Origin: Candidatus Palauibacter sp.
Lineage (GTDB): Bacteria; Gemmatimonadota; Gemmatimonadetes; Palauibacterales; Palauibacteraceae
Length of the DNA: 64,000 nt
Reading direction: 5' to 3' (one strand)
Assembly (NCBI RefSeq): GCF_965221685.1
Contig: NZ_OZ244907.1
Below the pieces are notes generated by a model that was not told the origin of the DNA, searched no databases, and worked only from the letters and a program-made list of their open reading frames with translations. Every line of letters begins with the position of its first letter. Position 1 is the first letter of the stretch. This document shows, one piece after another, positions 37,855 to 47,829 of this stretch. The translations under genes and the position numbers were made by a program.

Positions 37855-38709
37855 ATGAAGATCGCACTTGTTCAGCAATCCGCCGGACCCGACCGGATCC
37901 GCAACCTCGAACGCGCGCTCGACGCGATGGGGCGCGCCGCGTCGGAGAGCGCCGATCTCGTGGCGTTCCCCGAACTCGCGATCGACCGCTTCTTCCCGCA
38001 GCGGCCGGACGACCCCGGCGCCGCGGAGCTCGCGGAACCGATCCCCGGTCCGACCTGCGACCGAATCGCCGCGCGCGCCGCCGAACTCGGGCTCGTCACG
38101 GTGTTCAACCAGTACGAACTCGGGCCCGACGGGCAGTGTTACGACAGCACGCCTGTCTTCGACGCGGACGGCTCGCTGCTCGGGGTCACGCGGATGATGC
38201 ACATCACCGAGTACGCGTGCTTCCACGAGCAGCACTACTACGCGAAGGGCGACACCGACGCGCTCGTCTACGACACCGCCGTCGGACGCGTGGGCGTCGC
38301 GATCTGCTACGACCGACACTATCCCGAGTACATGCGGCGTCTGGGAGAACGGGGGGCGCAACTCGTCGTCATCCCGCAGGCGGGTGCGGTCGGGGAGTGG
38401 CCCGAGGGGCTCTTCGAGGCCGAGTTGCGCGTGGCGGCGTTCCAGAACGGCTACTTCGCGGCGCTGGCCAACCGCGTCGGCGCGGAGCCCCGCCTCACCT
38501 TCGCCGGGGAATCCTTCGTCGTCGATCCCGAGGGCGTTGTCCTCGCGCGGGCGCCGGAAGGAGAAGAGACGATTCTCTACGCCGACGCGGACCTCTCACG
38601 CTGTGCGACATCCACCGCGCGCCGGCTGTTCTGGCGCGACCGCCGCCCCGACGTGTACGCGCGCTGGGCCGAGCGCCTCGCCACGGCGTCGTCCGTGCCC
38701 GGCCGCTGA
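37855..38709 (+). CDS. carbon-nitrogen hydrolase (nitrilase superfamily)
   Basis: Catalytic triad blocks FPEL (Glu), K-containing region, VGVAICYD (Cys). 284 aa. Confidence 0.8.
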   Translation: MKIALVQQSAGPDRIRNLERALDAMGRAASESADLVAFPELAIDRFFPQRPDDPGAAELAEPIPGPTCDRIAARAAELGLVTVFNQYELGPDGQCYDSTPVFDADGSLLGVTRMMHITEYACFHEQHYYAKGDTDALVYDTAVGRVGVAICYDRHYPEYMRRLGERGAQLVVIPQAGAVGEWPEGLFEAELRVAAFQNGYFAALANRVGAEPRLTFAGESFVVDPEGVVLARAPEGEETILYADADLSRCATSTARRLFWRDRRPDVYARWAERLATASSVPGR

Positions 38710-38738
38710 CTCCGACCGACCGCCGCCGCCGCCCGCCC

Positions 38739-39611
38739 GTGGAACTCCTCATCGTCGTGGTCGCTTTCGTCGGCCTGATGGCCGTCGTCCGTCTCCTCAT
38801 GCCGCGGGTCGTACCCTTCTTCGTCTTCTATCCGGAAACGCTGCAGCCGCACGAGACACACCCGCGATACTGGGGGTTCCCGCGGGCCACCGAGGTCCGC
38901 ATCCCGACCGAAGACGGCGTCGAACTGCACGCGTGGTGGTTTCCCGCGGACCCGCCGGAGTCCAGGCGCGGGACCGCGATTTACTTCCATGGCAACGCCG
39001 GGCACCTCGGAGACCGCGGGACGGTGGCGGCGGCGCTCTCGAACCTCGGACTCGACGTCCTCCTGCCCGACTATCGAGGCTACGGAGCGAGCGAGGGGAA
39101 GCCCTCGGAGGAGGGTCTCTACGCGGACGCGAGAGCGGCCTACCGGTGGCTGGTGGACGAGCGGGGCGTCGATCCCGGGCGGCTCCTCCCCCTCGGGAAC
39201 TCCCTCGGAAGCTCCGTCGCGGCGGAACTGGCGGTGAGTCGGCCGGTGGCCGGCGTCGTCCTCCTCGGGCCGTTCACGGATACCGTGGCCATCGCAAGGC
39301 ACCGCCTGTCATGGCTCCCCGACTGGTATCTCGACTGGCTGCACAACCGCTTCGACACGCTGGACCGCGCGGCGCGCATCGAGGTGCCGACCTTCGTCGC
39401 CGCCGGCGAGGAGGACCAGGTCATTCCGCCCGGACAGAGCCGGGAGGTCTTCGAGGCGCTACGCGGACCGCGCCGGTGGCTCGAAATCCCGGGGGCGGGG
39501 CACAACGACATCTTCTCGCACGAACTGCTCTGGCGGGAACTCCACCGCTTCACCCGCGATGTCCTGGCCGACGGCGCCGCGGACCTCGCCCGGGGAGATC
39601 AAAGGGGTTGA
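38739..39611 (+). CDS. alpha/beta-fold hydrolase
   Basis: GNSLGSS nucleophile elbow; HGNAGH and C-terminal GAGHNDIF. GTG start (the ATG at 38778 is an alternative); N-terminal TM segment. Confidence 0.7.
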   Translation: MELLIVVVAFVGLMAVVRLLMPRVVPFFVFYPETLQPHETHPRYWGFPRATEVRIPTEDGVELHAWWFPADPPESRRGTAIYFHGNAGHLGDRGTVAAALSNLGLDVLLPDYRGYGASEGKPSEEGLYADARAAYRWLVDERGVDPGRLLPLGNSLGSSVAAELAVSRPVAGVVLLGPFTDTVAIARHRLSWLPDWYLDWLHNRFDTLDRAARIEVPTFVAAGEEDQVIPPGQSREVFEALRGPRRWLEIPGAGHNDIFSHELLWRELHRFTRDVLADGAADLARGDQRG

Positions 39612-39623
39612 CGGGCGGCTGGC

Positions 39624-40034
39624 CTATCGAGGTCGGAGAATCGTGGCCCCCGCCGCCTCGCTCGCCCGGCGCAGCCGACGATCGAGCGATGCAAGCGGCA
39701 ACGAACGCCGAAGGGCAGTCTCCAGGTAGGCGGCGTCATAGGCGGAGAGTCCGTACTCCGCCGCCAAGTGAAGGATCGCGCCGTCGCTGTGATCGTCATC
39801 GACCAGAATCCGCATTCCCTTCAGATCCGCGAGCGTGGCTGAAGCATCGGCCGCGGTCAAGCGTCCCCTGCGCCGATTGACCGCGAGACCGTTCAGGACT
39901 TCGTACCACCAGATCCGGGGGACGACGGCGAAGTGTTCCAGCGTCAGTCGTACCGCCGACTCCGCCAACGGATCGTCTTCATCCGCAAGACACCAGGAAA
40001 GTGCAACCGACGCATCGACCACGAGCGACATCAA
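39624..40034 (-). CDS. vapC: PIN-domain toxin VapC
   Basis: VVDASVALSW...D...D acidic PIN residues. 136 aa; 4-nt overlap with the upstream antitoxin. Confidence 0.8.
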   Translation of the reverse strand: MMSLVVDASVALSWCLADEDDPLAESAVRLTLEHFAVVPRIWWYEVLNGLAVNRRRGRLTAADASATLADLKGMRILVDDDHSDGAILHLAAEYGLSAYDAAYLETALRRSLPLASLDRRLRRASEAAGATILRPR

Positions 40035-40282
40035 TACCTGTGCCCCTCGTGGATCGTTTCGATGAGTTCGGAGATTGACACGCGCTGCGGCAGGCGCTTC
40101 CGGCGTTCGCGGATACGGCGGGCCGCCGCGTAAGCGCGAGCGCGATCGTCCTCGTCTACGGGGACCAGCCGGGCGACCGGACGGCCGTGTCGGGTGATCG
40201 TGAGGCTCTCGCCGTCGGCCACACGGTCCAGAAGCCGCGGCAGGTGGGTCTTGGCTTCGTACGCTCCGATGCGATCCATCAC
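40031..40282 (-). CDS. vapB: Phd/YefM-type antitoxin (VapB)
   Basis: MMDRIGAYEAKTHLPRLLDRVADGESLTITRHGRPVARLVP is the classic Phd/YefM N-terminus. Confidence 0.75.
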   Translation of the reverse strand: MMDRIGAYEAKTHLPRLLDRVADGESLTITRHGRPVARLVPVDEDDRARAYAAARRIRERRKRLPQRVSISELIETIHEGHRY

Positions 40283-40369
40283 ACTCTCACATGGTTAGAC
40301 CAGACGATACGACCAGTCTGATTCTAGGCGATGGTCGACCTCCCGGAAAGTATCGGGGCCGGTCCCGCG

Positions 40370-41062
40370 TTACGCCCGAGCGAGGAGCCAGGTTGCGGCG
40401 GCGGCGAGATCGGGGGCGATGTGCACGGGGGCGGCGTCGTCTGGTCGGGGCTCGGCCTTGCGGTTGACCCACAGGACCGGGATCGCGAGCGACGTGGCGG
40501 GGACGACGTCGTGGAAGAGGCTCTGAGCAACGTGCAGCCAGCGGTCGAAGCCGGCGGCCCACTCCCGCCCGCGCTCGAAGTGCGGCGCGGCCGGCTTGTA
40601 GCTGCGCAGCCGCTGGGCCGTGCCGAGGAGGCCGAATTCGACGTCGAAGTGCCTCAGCGTCCCGGCGAGCAGGTCGTCGTCGATGTTCGACAGGATGCCG
40701 AGCGTGACCCCGCCGTCTGCGAGGCGTGAGAGCGCCGGGTTCGTGTCCGGGAAGGGCTGCCAGGAGGGGATGCTCGCGGGGACGCCGGCCGCAAGCTCCT
40801 CCGACGTGTCCCAGCCGTTCACGCGCGCGACCTCCATCGCGGTCTCGGTGAGCAACTGCCGGTAGGGACGGTAGTCGCTCGTCTTGAGGCGGTTCTGGGC
40901 CGCATGGAATTTACCCAGGAGCAACTCATCGTCCACGGCGGCCGCCTCCGCGTACGCGGTTCGGAGCGCCGCGAGAATCCCGCCCTCCCAGTCGATCAGC
41001 GTGCCGTAACAATCGAACGTGAGAAGGGTGCCCCGTCCCGCCGTTCCCTCGAAACTGTGCAT
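40370..41062 (-). CDS. HAD-superfamily hydrolase (2-haloacid dehalogenase-like)
   Basis: Motif I LLTFDCYGTLID, motif II ILSN, and SYKPAAP (Ser/Lys). Confidence 0.75.
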   Translation of the reverse strand: MHSFEGTAGRGTLLTFDCYGTLIDWEGGILAALRTAYAEAAAVDDELLLGKFHAAQNRLKTSDYRPYRQLLTETAMEVARVNGWDTSEELAAGVPASIPSWQPFPDTNPALSRLADGGVTLGILSNIDDDLLAGTLRHFDVEFGLLGTAQRLRSYKPAAPHFERGREWAAGFDRWLHVAQSLFHDVVPATSLAIPVLWVNRKAEPRPDDAAPVHIAPDLAAAATWLLARA

Positions 41063-41092
41063 GTTCTCCCTCGAAACCGCTACGTTTCCCCC

Positions 41093-42112
41093 ATGTCGGC
41101 CGGCGAGATCTTATCGGGCGTGGCAGGGGACGGCCACCGGAGAGCGAACCCCTTCGCGGGCGGCGGCCTCGACCGCGCCACGCACCTGCGTGCCGATGCC
41201 GCGTGGCTCGCCGACCGGCTGTCCGATCCGGCCTCGCGCGTCGTCCCCGTGTGGCGCGAGCACAGCCTGGTGTCCCAGCTGGCGCGGGACGTCGCGACAA
41301 AAGCGGACGACTCGACCTATGAGCCGGTACTGCTCCCGCCCGCGGTCGCAGCCTCCGCCTCGGAAGCACCTGAGGACTGGATCTTTCTTGGACTCGACGG
41401 GGGACAGGACGGAGGCCGCGCACTGTTCGCGGCCGACCTGTTCGGGCAAGGGGGTGTGTCCGGGGAAGAGGAGAGAGAGGAGCCACCGTCCGCTGTCACG
41501 CTCGACGGAGCGGGGGAGTTCCTCGATCTCCGCGGGGTGGGGGCGATGCTGGGGCAGGGCGACGGTGCGCTCCTGGCCTACGCCCGGGCGATCGTCACCT
41601 GGAGTCGCCGGCACCGCTTCTGCGGCACGTGCGGCTATCGGACCCGCGCCGAGCAGGGAGGGCACGTCCGGCGCTGCGCCGACGAAACGTGCGGGGCGGA
41701 GCATTTTCCCCGCACGGACCCGGCGATCATCGTCCTCGTGACCGATGGGGACCGCTGTCTGCTCGGGCGGAAGGACATCTGGCCGGAGGGCGTCTACTCC
41801 ACGCTGGCGGGCTTCGTGGAGCCGGGCGAGAGCCTCTCCGAAGCCGTCATCCGGGAGGTCCGCGAGGAGTCGGGGATCGAGGTGGGCTCCGTGCGCTACC
41901 GTTCGTCGCAGCCCTGGCCCTTCCCCGCGTCACTCATGCTTGGGTTCCGGGCCGAACGCGTGGGCGGGGAGTTGAGCGTCGCGCGCCAGGAGCTCGTCGA
42001 CGCGCGCTGGTTCGACCGCGCCGACTTCGCCCGCCGCCGGGAGATCGGCCTTCGGCTCCCGGGCCGCGTCTCGATCTCGCGCCGCCTGATCGAGGACTGG
42101 CTCGCCGGATAG
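41093..42112 (+). CDS. nudC: NAD+ diphosphatase NudC (Nudix with zinc ribbon)
   Basis: CGTCGYRTRAEQGGHVRRCADETC zinc ribbon followed by Nudix box GFVEPGESLSEAVIREVREESGIEV. Confidence 0.8.
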   Translation: MSAGEILSGVAGDGHRRANPFAGGGLDRATHLRADAAWLADRLSDPASRVVPVWREHSLVSQLARDVATKADDSTYEPVLLPPAVAASASEAPEDWIFLGLDGGQDGGRALFAADLFGQGGVSGEEEREEPPSAVTLDGAGEFLDLRGVGAMLGQGDGALLAYARAIVTWSRRHRFCGTCGYRTRAEQGGHVRRCADETCGAEHFPRTDPAIIVLVTDGDRCLLGRKDIWPEGVYSTLAGFVEPGESLSEAVIREVREESGIEVGSVRYRSSQPWPFPASLMLGFRAERVGGELSVARQELVDARWFDRADFARRREIGLRLPGRVSISRRLIEDWLAG

Positions 42113-42113
42113 C

Positions 42114-43946
42114 CTACCGCGGGTTGGCGCCGGTGGTCCCGGCGCCGAGCGCGACGACCTCGATGGCGGCCTCGCGTATCGTCACGGCGAGCGTGCGTCC
42201 GTCGGGGCTCACGCTCGGTTGGAGCGCGCCGAGCGCACCGGTCGTCACCTGTTCCGTCGCTCCGGTGGCGATATCCACCCGCCACACCTGGAAGGGCCCG
42301 GAGGCGTCGTTGCGCGAGTAGAAGAGCGACGCGCCGTCGGCGCTCCACTCGGGCGCGCTGTACGGTTCGCCATTGACGAAGGAGAGGACCGCCGTCGGGG
42401 TCCCTCCCGCGGCCGCCACCGTGTAGACGGTGACGCGTCCGTCCTCGAAAGAGCGTCCGTAGAACGCCAGCCGCTCGCCGTCCGGCGAGAAACGGCCTCC
42501 CATGGCGTAGCCCTCGAACCCGTCGAGCGGGACTCGGAAGGGGTCGGCGGCCGCGGACCCCGTCACGGGATCGACGGCCACCGTGTAGACGGACCCCGGG
42601 TTCCCCTCGGACGGCGGGCCGTGACTGCTGAAGGCGAGCGCCCGCCCGTCCGGGCTCCAATCCGGCTCGCCCGTGTCCGCGCCCGGTCCGAACCGCGTGA
42701 GTCGCGTGGGTCGCTCGCTCCCGTCCACCGGGACGAGCCATATGTCGTCGCTCTGCTCCAGGTGCCCGTGGAAGGCGAGCCACCGGCCGTCGGGCGACCA
42801 CGCGGCTCCGTAGTCCTCGTGTTCCTCCGAGAGCAGCACTCGGGGTGCGCCGGCCGGTGCCCCATCGGCGTCGAGGTCAAGGACGCCCAGGTCGAAGTCG
42901 ATGGGCATGCGGACGCGTCGCCAGGAGAAGGTGATGAACCCCAGTGCCCGTCCGGCTGGGTGCCAGGACGGCAGGAAGGCGCTCGTGGAAGCGGCCGGCA
43001 TCGCATCGGTGGGTTCCCCGCCGGTCACCGGCACGAGGCCCACGGTAGTGCGATGTTGGTACACGCTGAGGGCGACGCGGCCATCGGCGAGCGGCGTGAC
43101 CGCGAGGACGTCACGGCCGTCGGGCTCCAGCGCTACGCCCGGGCTTCCGTCCAGCGGCAGGCGCCAAGCGGCGAAGCGCGAGTTGTCGAGTCCCGCTGCC
43201 GCGAGATGGAGCGCGTCGCCGGTGGGGGACCACTCCACGCGGCGGTCCCATCCGACCTGGAGGTCGTCGGCGAGCGTGCGCGTCTCGCCCGTCGCGATCT
43301 CCGTCACGGCGAGGTCCGAGCGTCCGCCCGCGGCGCGAAGGTACGCGACCGTGCGCCCGTCGGGAGATTGCACGGGCGCCACCCATCCCCCGGCGCGGTC
43401 GACAACCACGGATGCCGCGCGGCCGGAGCCCGGCGCATACGAGACCCACGCGGTATCGGCACCTGAGTAGCGGAGCGCGGTCACGGTCCCGTCGGGCCGC
43501 AGACGCGGATAGTCGATCCGTGCGTCCCCGGGATCCACGATGCGGGACTCCCGGCCGGTCGTCGGGTCCAGCGTCCAGACCCCGTGACGGTCGGACTGGC
43601 GGTCGACGTAGACGACGCGCGAACCGTCGGGCGACCAGGTCACGCGCGTCCGTCCCCCCGGGGTACTCGTCATCGCGCGGCCGACCCCGGTCGCCACGTC
43701 GTAGACCGTCAGCGATCTCTTGTCCGCGGCATAGTCGGCGAAAACGACCTGATCGCCGGCAGGCGACGGAATGCCCGGGTAGGCGTCGTAGAAGTCTGTA
43801 GGCACGTGTCGCGCGAGCACGCCGTCCGAGAACTCTCCGACGCGGTTTTCGCACGCCGCCGCCGTGAGCAGCGGAACTGCCACGAATACAAGCCTGAACC
43901 TGACGCCACGCCGTCGATTCGACGGAGACTTCATCATCGTCTTCAT
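42114..43946 (-). CDS. TolB-like WD40/PD40 beta-propeller lipoprotein
   Basis: Lipobox LLTAAACE. Repeated WSPDGxxxAF PD40 motifs (WSPDGSRV, QSPDGRTV, WSPDGRWLAF, WSPDGRALAF, FSPDGERLAF, VSPDGRTLAV). Confidence 0.7.
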   Translation of the reverse strand: MKTMMKSPSNRRRGVRFRLVFVAVPLLTAAACENRVGEFSDGVLARHVPTDFYDAYPGIPSPAGDQVVFADYAADKRSLTVYDVATGVGRAMTSTPGGRTRVTWSPDGSRVVYVDRQSDRHGVWTLDPTTGRESRIVDPGDARIDYPRLRPDGTVTALRYSGADTAWVSYAPGSGRAASVVVDRAGGWVAPVQSPDGRTVAYLRAAGGRSDLAVTEIATGETRTLADDLQVGWDRRVEWSPTGDALHLAAAGLDNSRFAAWRLPLDGSPGVALEPDGRDVLAVTPLADGRVALSVYQHRTTVGLVPVTGGEPTDAMPAASTSAFLPSWHPAGRALGFITFSWRRVRMPIDFDLGVLDLDADGAPAGAPRVLLSEEHEDYGAAWSPDGRWLAFHGHLEQSDDIWLVPVDGSERPTRLTRFGPGADTGEPDWSPDGRALAFSSHGPPSEGNPGSVYTVAVDPVTGSAAADPFRVPLDGFEGYAMGGRFSPDGERLAFYGRSFEDGRVTVYTVAAAGGTPTAVLSFVNGEPYSAPEWSADGASLFYSRNDASGPFQVWRVDIATGATEQVTTGALGALQPSVSPDGRTLAVTIREAAIEVVALGAGTTGANPR

Positions 43947-44019
43947 CGGGTGTGGGACGATATTCTTCGTGAGTCGCGACCGTCAACGGACATCACGCGT
44001 TCCCGGAGCCTCATGCACC

Positions 44020-44454
44020 ATGGCCGGCAATTCGACTTCACCTGATGCGATCGACCGAACGATCGAGCTGAACGCCTCGCCCGCCCGCGTGTGGGTGGCG
44101 CTCGCCGACCCCGATGGACTTGCCTCGTGGTTCCCCGACCGGGTCGAGGGACTCGCGCCGGAAGAGGGGGCGACGGGCTGGCTCGTGTGGGACAGGCACG
44201 GCCGGTACGCGATCGCAGTCGAGTGGATCGAGGCCGGCCGGCGGCTCGTGTGGCGCTGGGCCCGGAAGCCCGAGACCCCGCTCGAAGGCGGCTACAACAC
44301 GACCGTCGAGTGGACGCTCACCGAACGCGAGGGCGGCGGCACGATCCTGCGCCTCGTCGAGAGCGGCTTCCGGACCGAGAGCGACCGCAAGGACAACGTC
44401 GGCGGCTGGGAGCACGAACTCGGCGAACTCGTCGACCACCTCGCGACCGTCTGA
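44020..44454 (+). CDS. SRPBCC-superfamily protein (AHSA1/polyketide-cyclase-like)
   Basis: IELNASPARVWVALADPDGLASWF is the typical START/AHSA1 N-terminus. 144 aa. Confidence 0.65.
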   Translation: MAGNSTSPDAIDRTIELNASPARVWVALADPDGLASWFPDRVEGLAPEEGATGWLVWDRHGRYAIAVEWIEAGRRLVWRWARKPETPLEGGYNTTVEWTLTEREGGGTILRLVESGFRTESDRKDNVGGWEHELGELVDHLATV

Positions 44455-44487
44455 CCGCGCAGCCGGCCGACCCGGCTCCGCTCCCCT

Positions 44488-45636
44488 CTACGACTTCGGG
44501 ATGTCCTTGCCGGGATCCACGAAGGGGCGGGGCACGACCGTGGCGTCGCGTTCTCCGTCCGGCGTCGTCACGCTCAACCGCGTGCCCAACTCTCCGGAGG
44601 CGGTCGGCACCAGGACGTAGCCGATGTTCCGCCCGAGACGGGGCGAGTGGACGGCGGAGGTCACGAAGCCGATCTCCTCTCCGTCCCGGTGCACGGGCCA
44701 GCGGTCCATGTTCAGGTCGAGCGGGGCGCCCGAGATTTCGATTCCGGCGAGGAGCCGCCGCGGCCCCTCCTCGGCGATCCGGGCCAGCGCCTCGCGGCCG
44801 ATGAAGTCGCCCTCCTGGTCGAAGTCGACCTGCCAGCCGAGCCCGACCTCATAGGGGTTCGTGTCCAGCGTCATGTCGATGCCGTAGTTGAGGATGCCGG
44901 CTTCGATGCGGCGGATGTCCGACGGACCCGTGGGAGAGATGCCCAGGTCTCGGCCCGCCTCCATCACGCGATCCCAGAGTTCGACGCCCCGGCTCCCGTC
45001 CCTGAGATAGATCTCGTAGCCGACCTCGCCGCTCCATCCGGTGCGGGTCACGACCACCGGGATGCCGTCCAGATCCGTCTCCAGGAACCAGTAGTAGCGG
45101 AGTTCGAGCACTTCCTCCCCGAAGAGCCGGCGCACGACCTCCTTCGACTTCGGACCCTGCACCTGCATCGGCGAGACGTCCGGCTCGCAGATCTCCACAT
45201 CGAGACCGGCGTTGAGCGCGATGCCCTTCGCGTAGAGCAGGACGTCGCTGTCCGCGAGCGCGAGCCAGAAGTGGTTCTCACCGAGGCGCAGCAGCACGGG
45301 ATCGTTCACGATCCCGCCGTCCTCGGCGCCGATGAGGACGTATTTCCCCTGCCCGACGGCGCACTTCGACAGATCCCTGGGGGTGAGCAGGTTCGTGAAC
45401 TCGAAGGCGTCCGGCCCGGTGATCTCCACCTGCCGCTCGACGCTCACGTCCCACACCGTGACGCCGGTCAGGAGCTTCTCGTACTCCGCGTGCAGATCGT
45501 CGTATCGGGTGGGCAGGAACATGTGGTTGTAGACCGTATAGCTCCGGCACCCGTCCCGGAGGGTGGCCTCGAAGTAGGGGGAGCGCCGAAGCCGGGCCCC
45601 ACGCTGGATCAAAGCCATGTCGAACGTCTCGGTCAT
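44488..45636 (-). CDS. GcvT-family aminomethyltransferase (possibly DmdA-like demethylase)
   Basis: Co-linear glycine-cleavage T-protein folate-binding blocks. The N-terminal 95 aa of the ORF are excluded as noise. Confidence 0.75.
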   Translation of the reverse strand: MTETFDMALIQRGARLRRSPYFEATLRDGCRSYTVYNHMFLPTRYDDLHAEYEKLLTGVTVWDVSVERQVEITGPDAFEFTNLLTPRDLSKCAVGQGKYVLIGAEDGGIVNDPVLLRLGENHFWLALADSDVLLYAKGIALNAGLDVEICEPDVSPMQVQGPKSKEVVRRLFGEEVLELRYYWFLETDLDGIPVVVTRTGWSGEVGYEIYLRDGSRGVELWDRVMEAGRDLGISPTGPSDIRRIEAGILNYGIDMTLDTNPYEVGLGWQVDFDQEGDFIGREALARIAEEGPRRLLAGIEISGAPLDLNMDRWPVHRDGEEIGFVTSAVHSPRLGRNIGYVLVPTASGELGTRLSVTTPDGERDATVVPRPFVDPGKDIPKS

Positions 45637-45775
45637 CGGGATCTCCCGTTGGTCCAGTGCTGGGTGGGTCGTAGTGAGCGGAACCGGCGCGGAATTCACG
45701 CCCGGATCCAGGGCGCGCGCATGATAGGTGCCGACCCGAACGGACGGCCAGTCTACCTCACAGCCGCGCTGTGGC

Positions 45776-47260
45776 TCACCTTGGCATGTGCAGCCGCTTG
45801 CCCTCGATTTCTGCTTCGCCCGAATCGAGGAAGGCGTTACACGCTTCGAGCTGCCGTTGGGTCTCGGCAATCGATGCCCAGTCGACCGCGATCGTCCAGC
45901 GCTGCGCATAATCGAGTGCACGAATCAGAGGTTCCGTGCGTTGGGTTCGCGACAACGCCCGTAGCGCGGCCAAGTAGTCGTCGCGGAAGACCGTCGGGAT
46001 GACGATCCGCTCTTCCCCTCCGGCCACGAGTTCCGCGTTCATCATCACCCGCGCCACACGTCCGTTGCCGTCCTCAAAGGGGTGAACCTCGCTGACGAGG
46101 AACATCATGTAGGCCGCGCGCTCAAAGGGCGATTCCAGACTGTGGTACAGGTCGAAGCCCTGCTCCAGTGTCCCGGGTACCAGTTCGGGAGCGACGAAGA
46201 TGGTTTGTCCAGCACGGTTCTGTCTTTCCTTGAACTCGCTAGGGCGCATCTCGGGGCGTCCCGCCATGATCTTCGCGTTGCGCTCACGCAGGAGACCGAG
46301 TAACGCCTCAAAATCCTTCGGCGTCCGACTCATTTCTTCTCTGTCCGAGACGAGACGCCAAGTACCGATCACATCCCTCGCGTCGGCTGGCCGGTGTCGC
46401 GGGATCGCGCCCTCGAAGACGATTTGGACCGCTTCATCGACCAGGAACTCCGTACCCTCGACGAAGTTCGAGAAGTACGCCTCAAAAAACGCCAGCGTCA
46501 CAGGCCCTGGAGCCTTGCGGTGAGGAGCTGGACGGTCGGTAGGAGGACGATCGCGAAGCGACTGATGCAGCCCGTGGAACAACTCCAGCCGATGGGGATC
46601 GTAGGCCCGCCCCCGACTGCGGGACCGCCCGACTCGCGAATCGAGTCGACTCTCCCGGGTGCCCAGCATAGCGCCGATCAGAGCCTGGAGGTCTGCGGCC
46701 TCCGTTTCCATATCGAGTTCAGAGGCTACTGCTCGGGCCTCGTCGCGGAGCCGGTTGGCGGCTTCTTCGCCCGAGACACGAATGAGACGATCAAGGTGCT
46801 CCTCAAGCTCCGTGCGCGTGAGAGTACGCGCGACACGGCCGCCCCGGGCTCGGGATGGACGAAGGTTCTCGAGATAAGCCCTGGGCCTGGAACTGAGGTA
46901 TAGCCCGTTGACAAAAGGTGTATCCGACGCAATTGACCCTGGCCCACGGCGAGGACGTAGCACGACTCCGGGCAATTCGGTCGTCCTCCCTCGCTCGCTG
47001 ACAAGGCAAACCGATCCATCGCTGGCGGGATCCGCTTCCAAAGCAGTGCGATCCGCGACCAGAGCACCTGGAAAGTACCCTGCGACGATTCCCCACAGGT
47101 TGCGCTTCACGATATCTTCGGGGTCATCGTCCAGGTTCTTGGTGTAGAGGCGAGACGCCAGTTTCCGGAGTTTCCCGGCCTTCATGGCCCGTGATACATC
47201 CCGGCTGATCGCCGTATGGGACACGAAGGCATCGGGCAATTCATCTAGTACACGGTTCAT
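45776..47260 (-). CDS. Fic-family protein (AMPylation/phosphocholination fold)
   Basis: Canonical Fic motif HPFEDGNGRVARVMMN. 494 aa with an extended N-terminal domain. Confidence 0.8.
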   Translation of the reverse strand: MNRVLDELPDAFVSHTAISRDVSRAMKAGKLRKLASRLYTKNLDDDPEDIVKRNLWGIVAGYFPGALVADRTALEADPASDGSVCLVSERGRTTELPGVVLRPRRGPGSIASDTPFVNGLYLSSRPRAYLENLRPSRARGGRVARTLTRTELEEHLDRLIRVSGEEAANRLRDEARAVASELDMETEAADLQALIGAMLGTRESRLDSRVGRSRSRGRAYDPHRLELFHGLHQSLRDRPPTDRPAPHRKAPGPVTLAFFEAYFSNFVEGTEFLVDEAVQIVFEGAIPRHRPADARDVIGTWRLVSDREEMSRTPKDFEALLGLLRERNAKIMAGRPEMRPSEFKERQNRAGQTIFVAPELVPGTLEQGFDLYHSLESPFERAAYMMFLVSEVHPFEDGNGRVARVMMNAELVAGGEERIVIPTVFRDDYLAALRALSRTQRTEPLIRALDYAQRWTIAVDWASIAETQRQLEACNAFLDSGEAEIEGKRLHMPR

Positions 47261-47829
47261 GGAATTATCTGCACGTTAAGGAGTCTGCCAAGCCTCGAAA
47301 TGAGAATTATCGTAACATAAGGAACCCAAAAAGCGAAAAAACCGGAGTTAACAGGAGCAAACGTTCCCGCGGGAACGTCGGATCGCCTAGGGCCTGAATC
47401 ACGGCAGGGAATCGTCTAACTACGTACAGGGCTGCACGATCTGCGTTTCCTGCCGTTGTACTGGACCTTGCTGGACCGTGCCGTGAAAGCGGGGAAAACC
47501 GGACCTGAATGGCGGGACTCCCACCCGCGTTGTCCTCGCCACCAAGGGTCCCAGAATGCTGTATGTGGACGCCCCCAGTTGGGCAAGCGCGGATTCAGAA
47601 CCGAGTTGGTGGCAGTGGGCCAGGTACTGTCGTATGTCCGGCCTCTTGATGCAGCGCTTGTTTGGCTGCGGGCCCGTATGGTGTGCGTGAGATCGGATCC
47701 AAATCGGCTTGGCGGGCTCATGAGGCCCTTCAGCATACACTGGTTTTTTCGATCCCGTCTTGTCGACCGTTTGCCCTTACCCGTTTCTCGTCCTGCTGCC
47801 CACACCTCCCCGACAGCGTCTTTGCTTTT

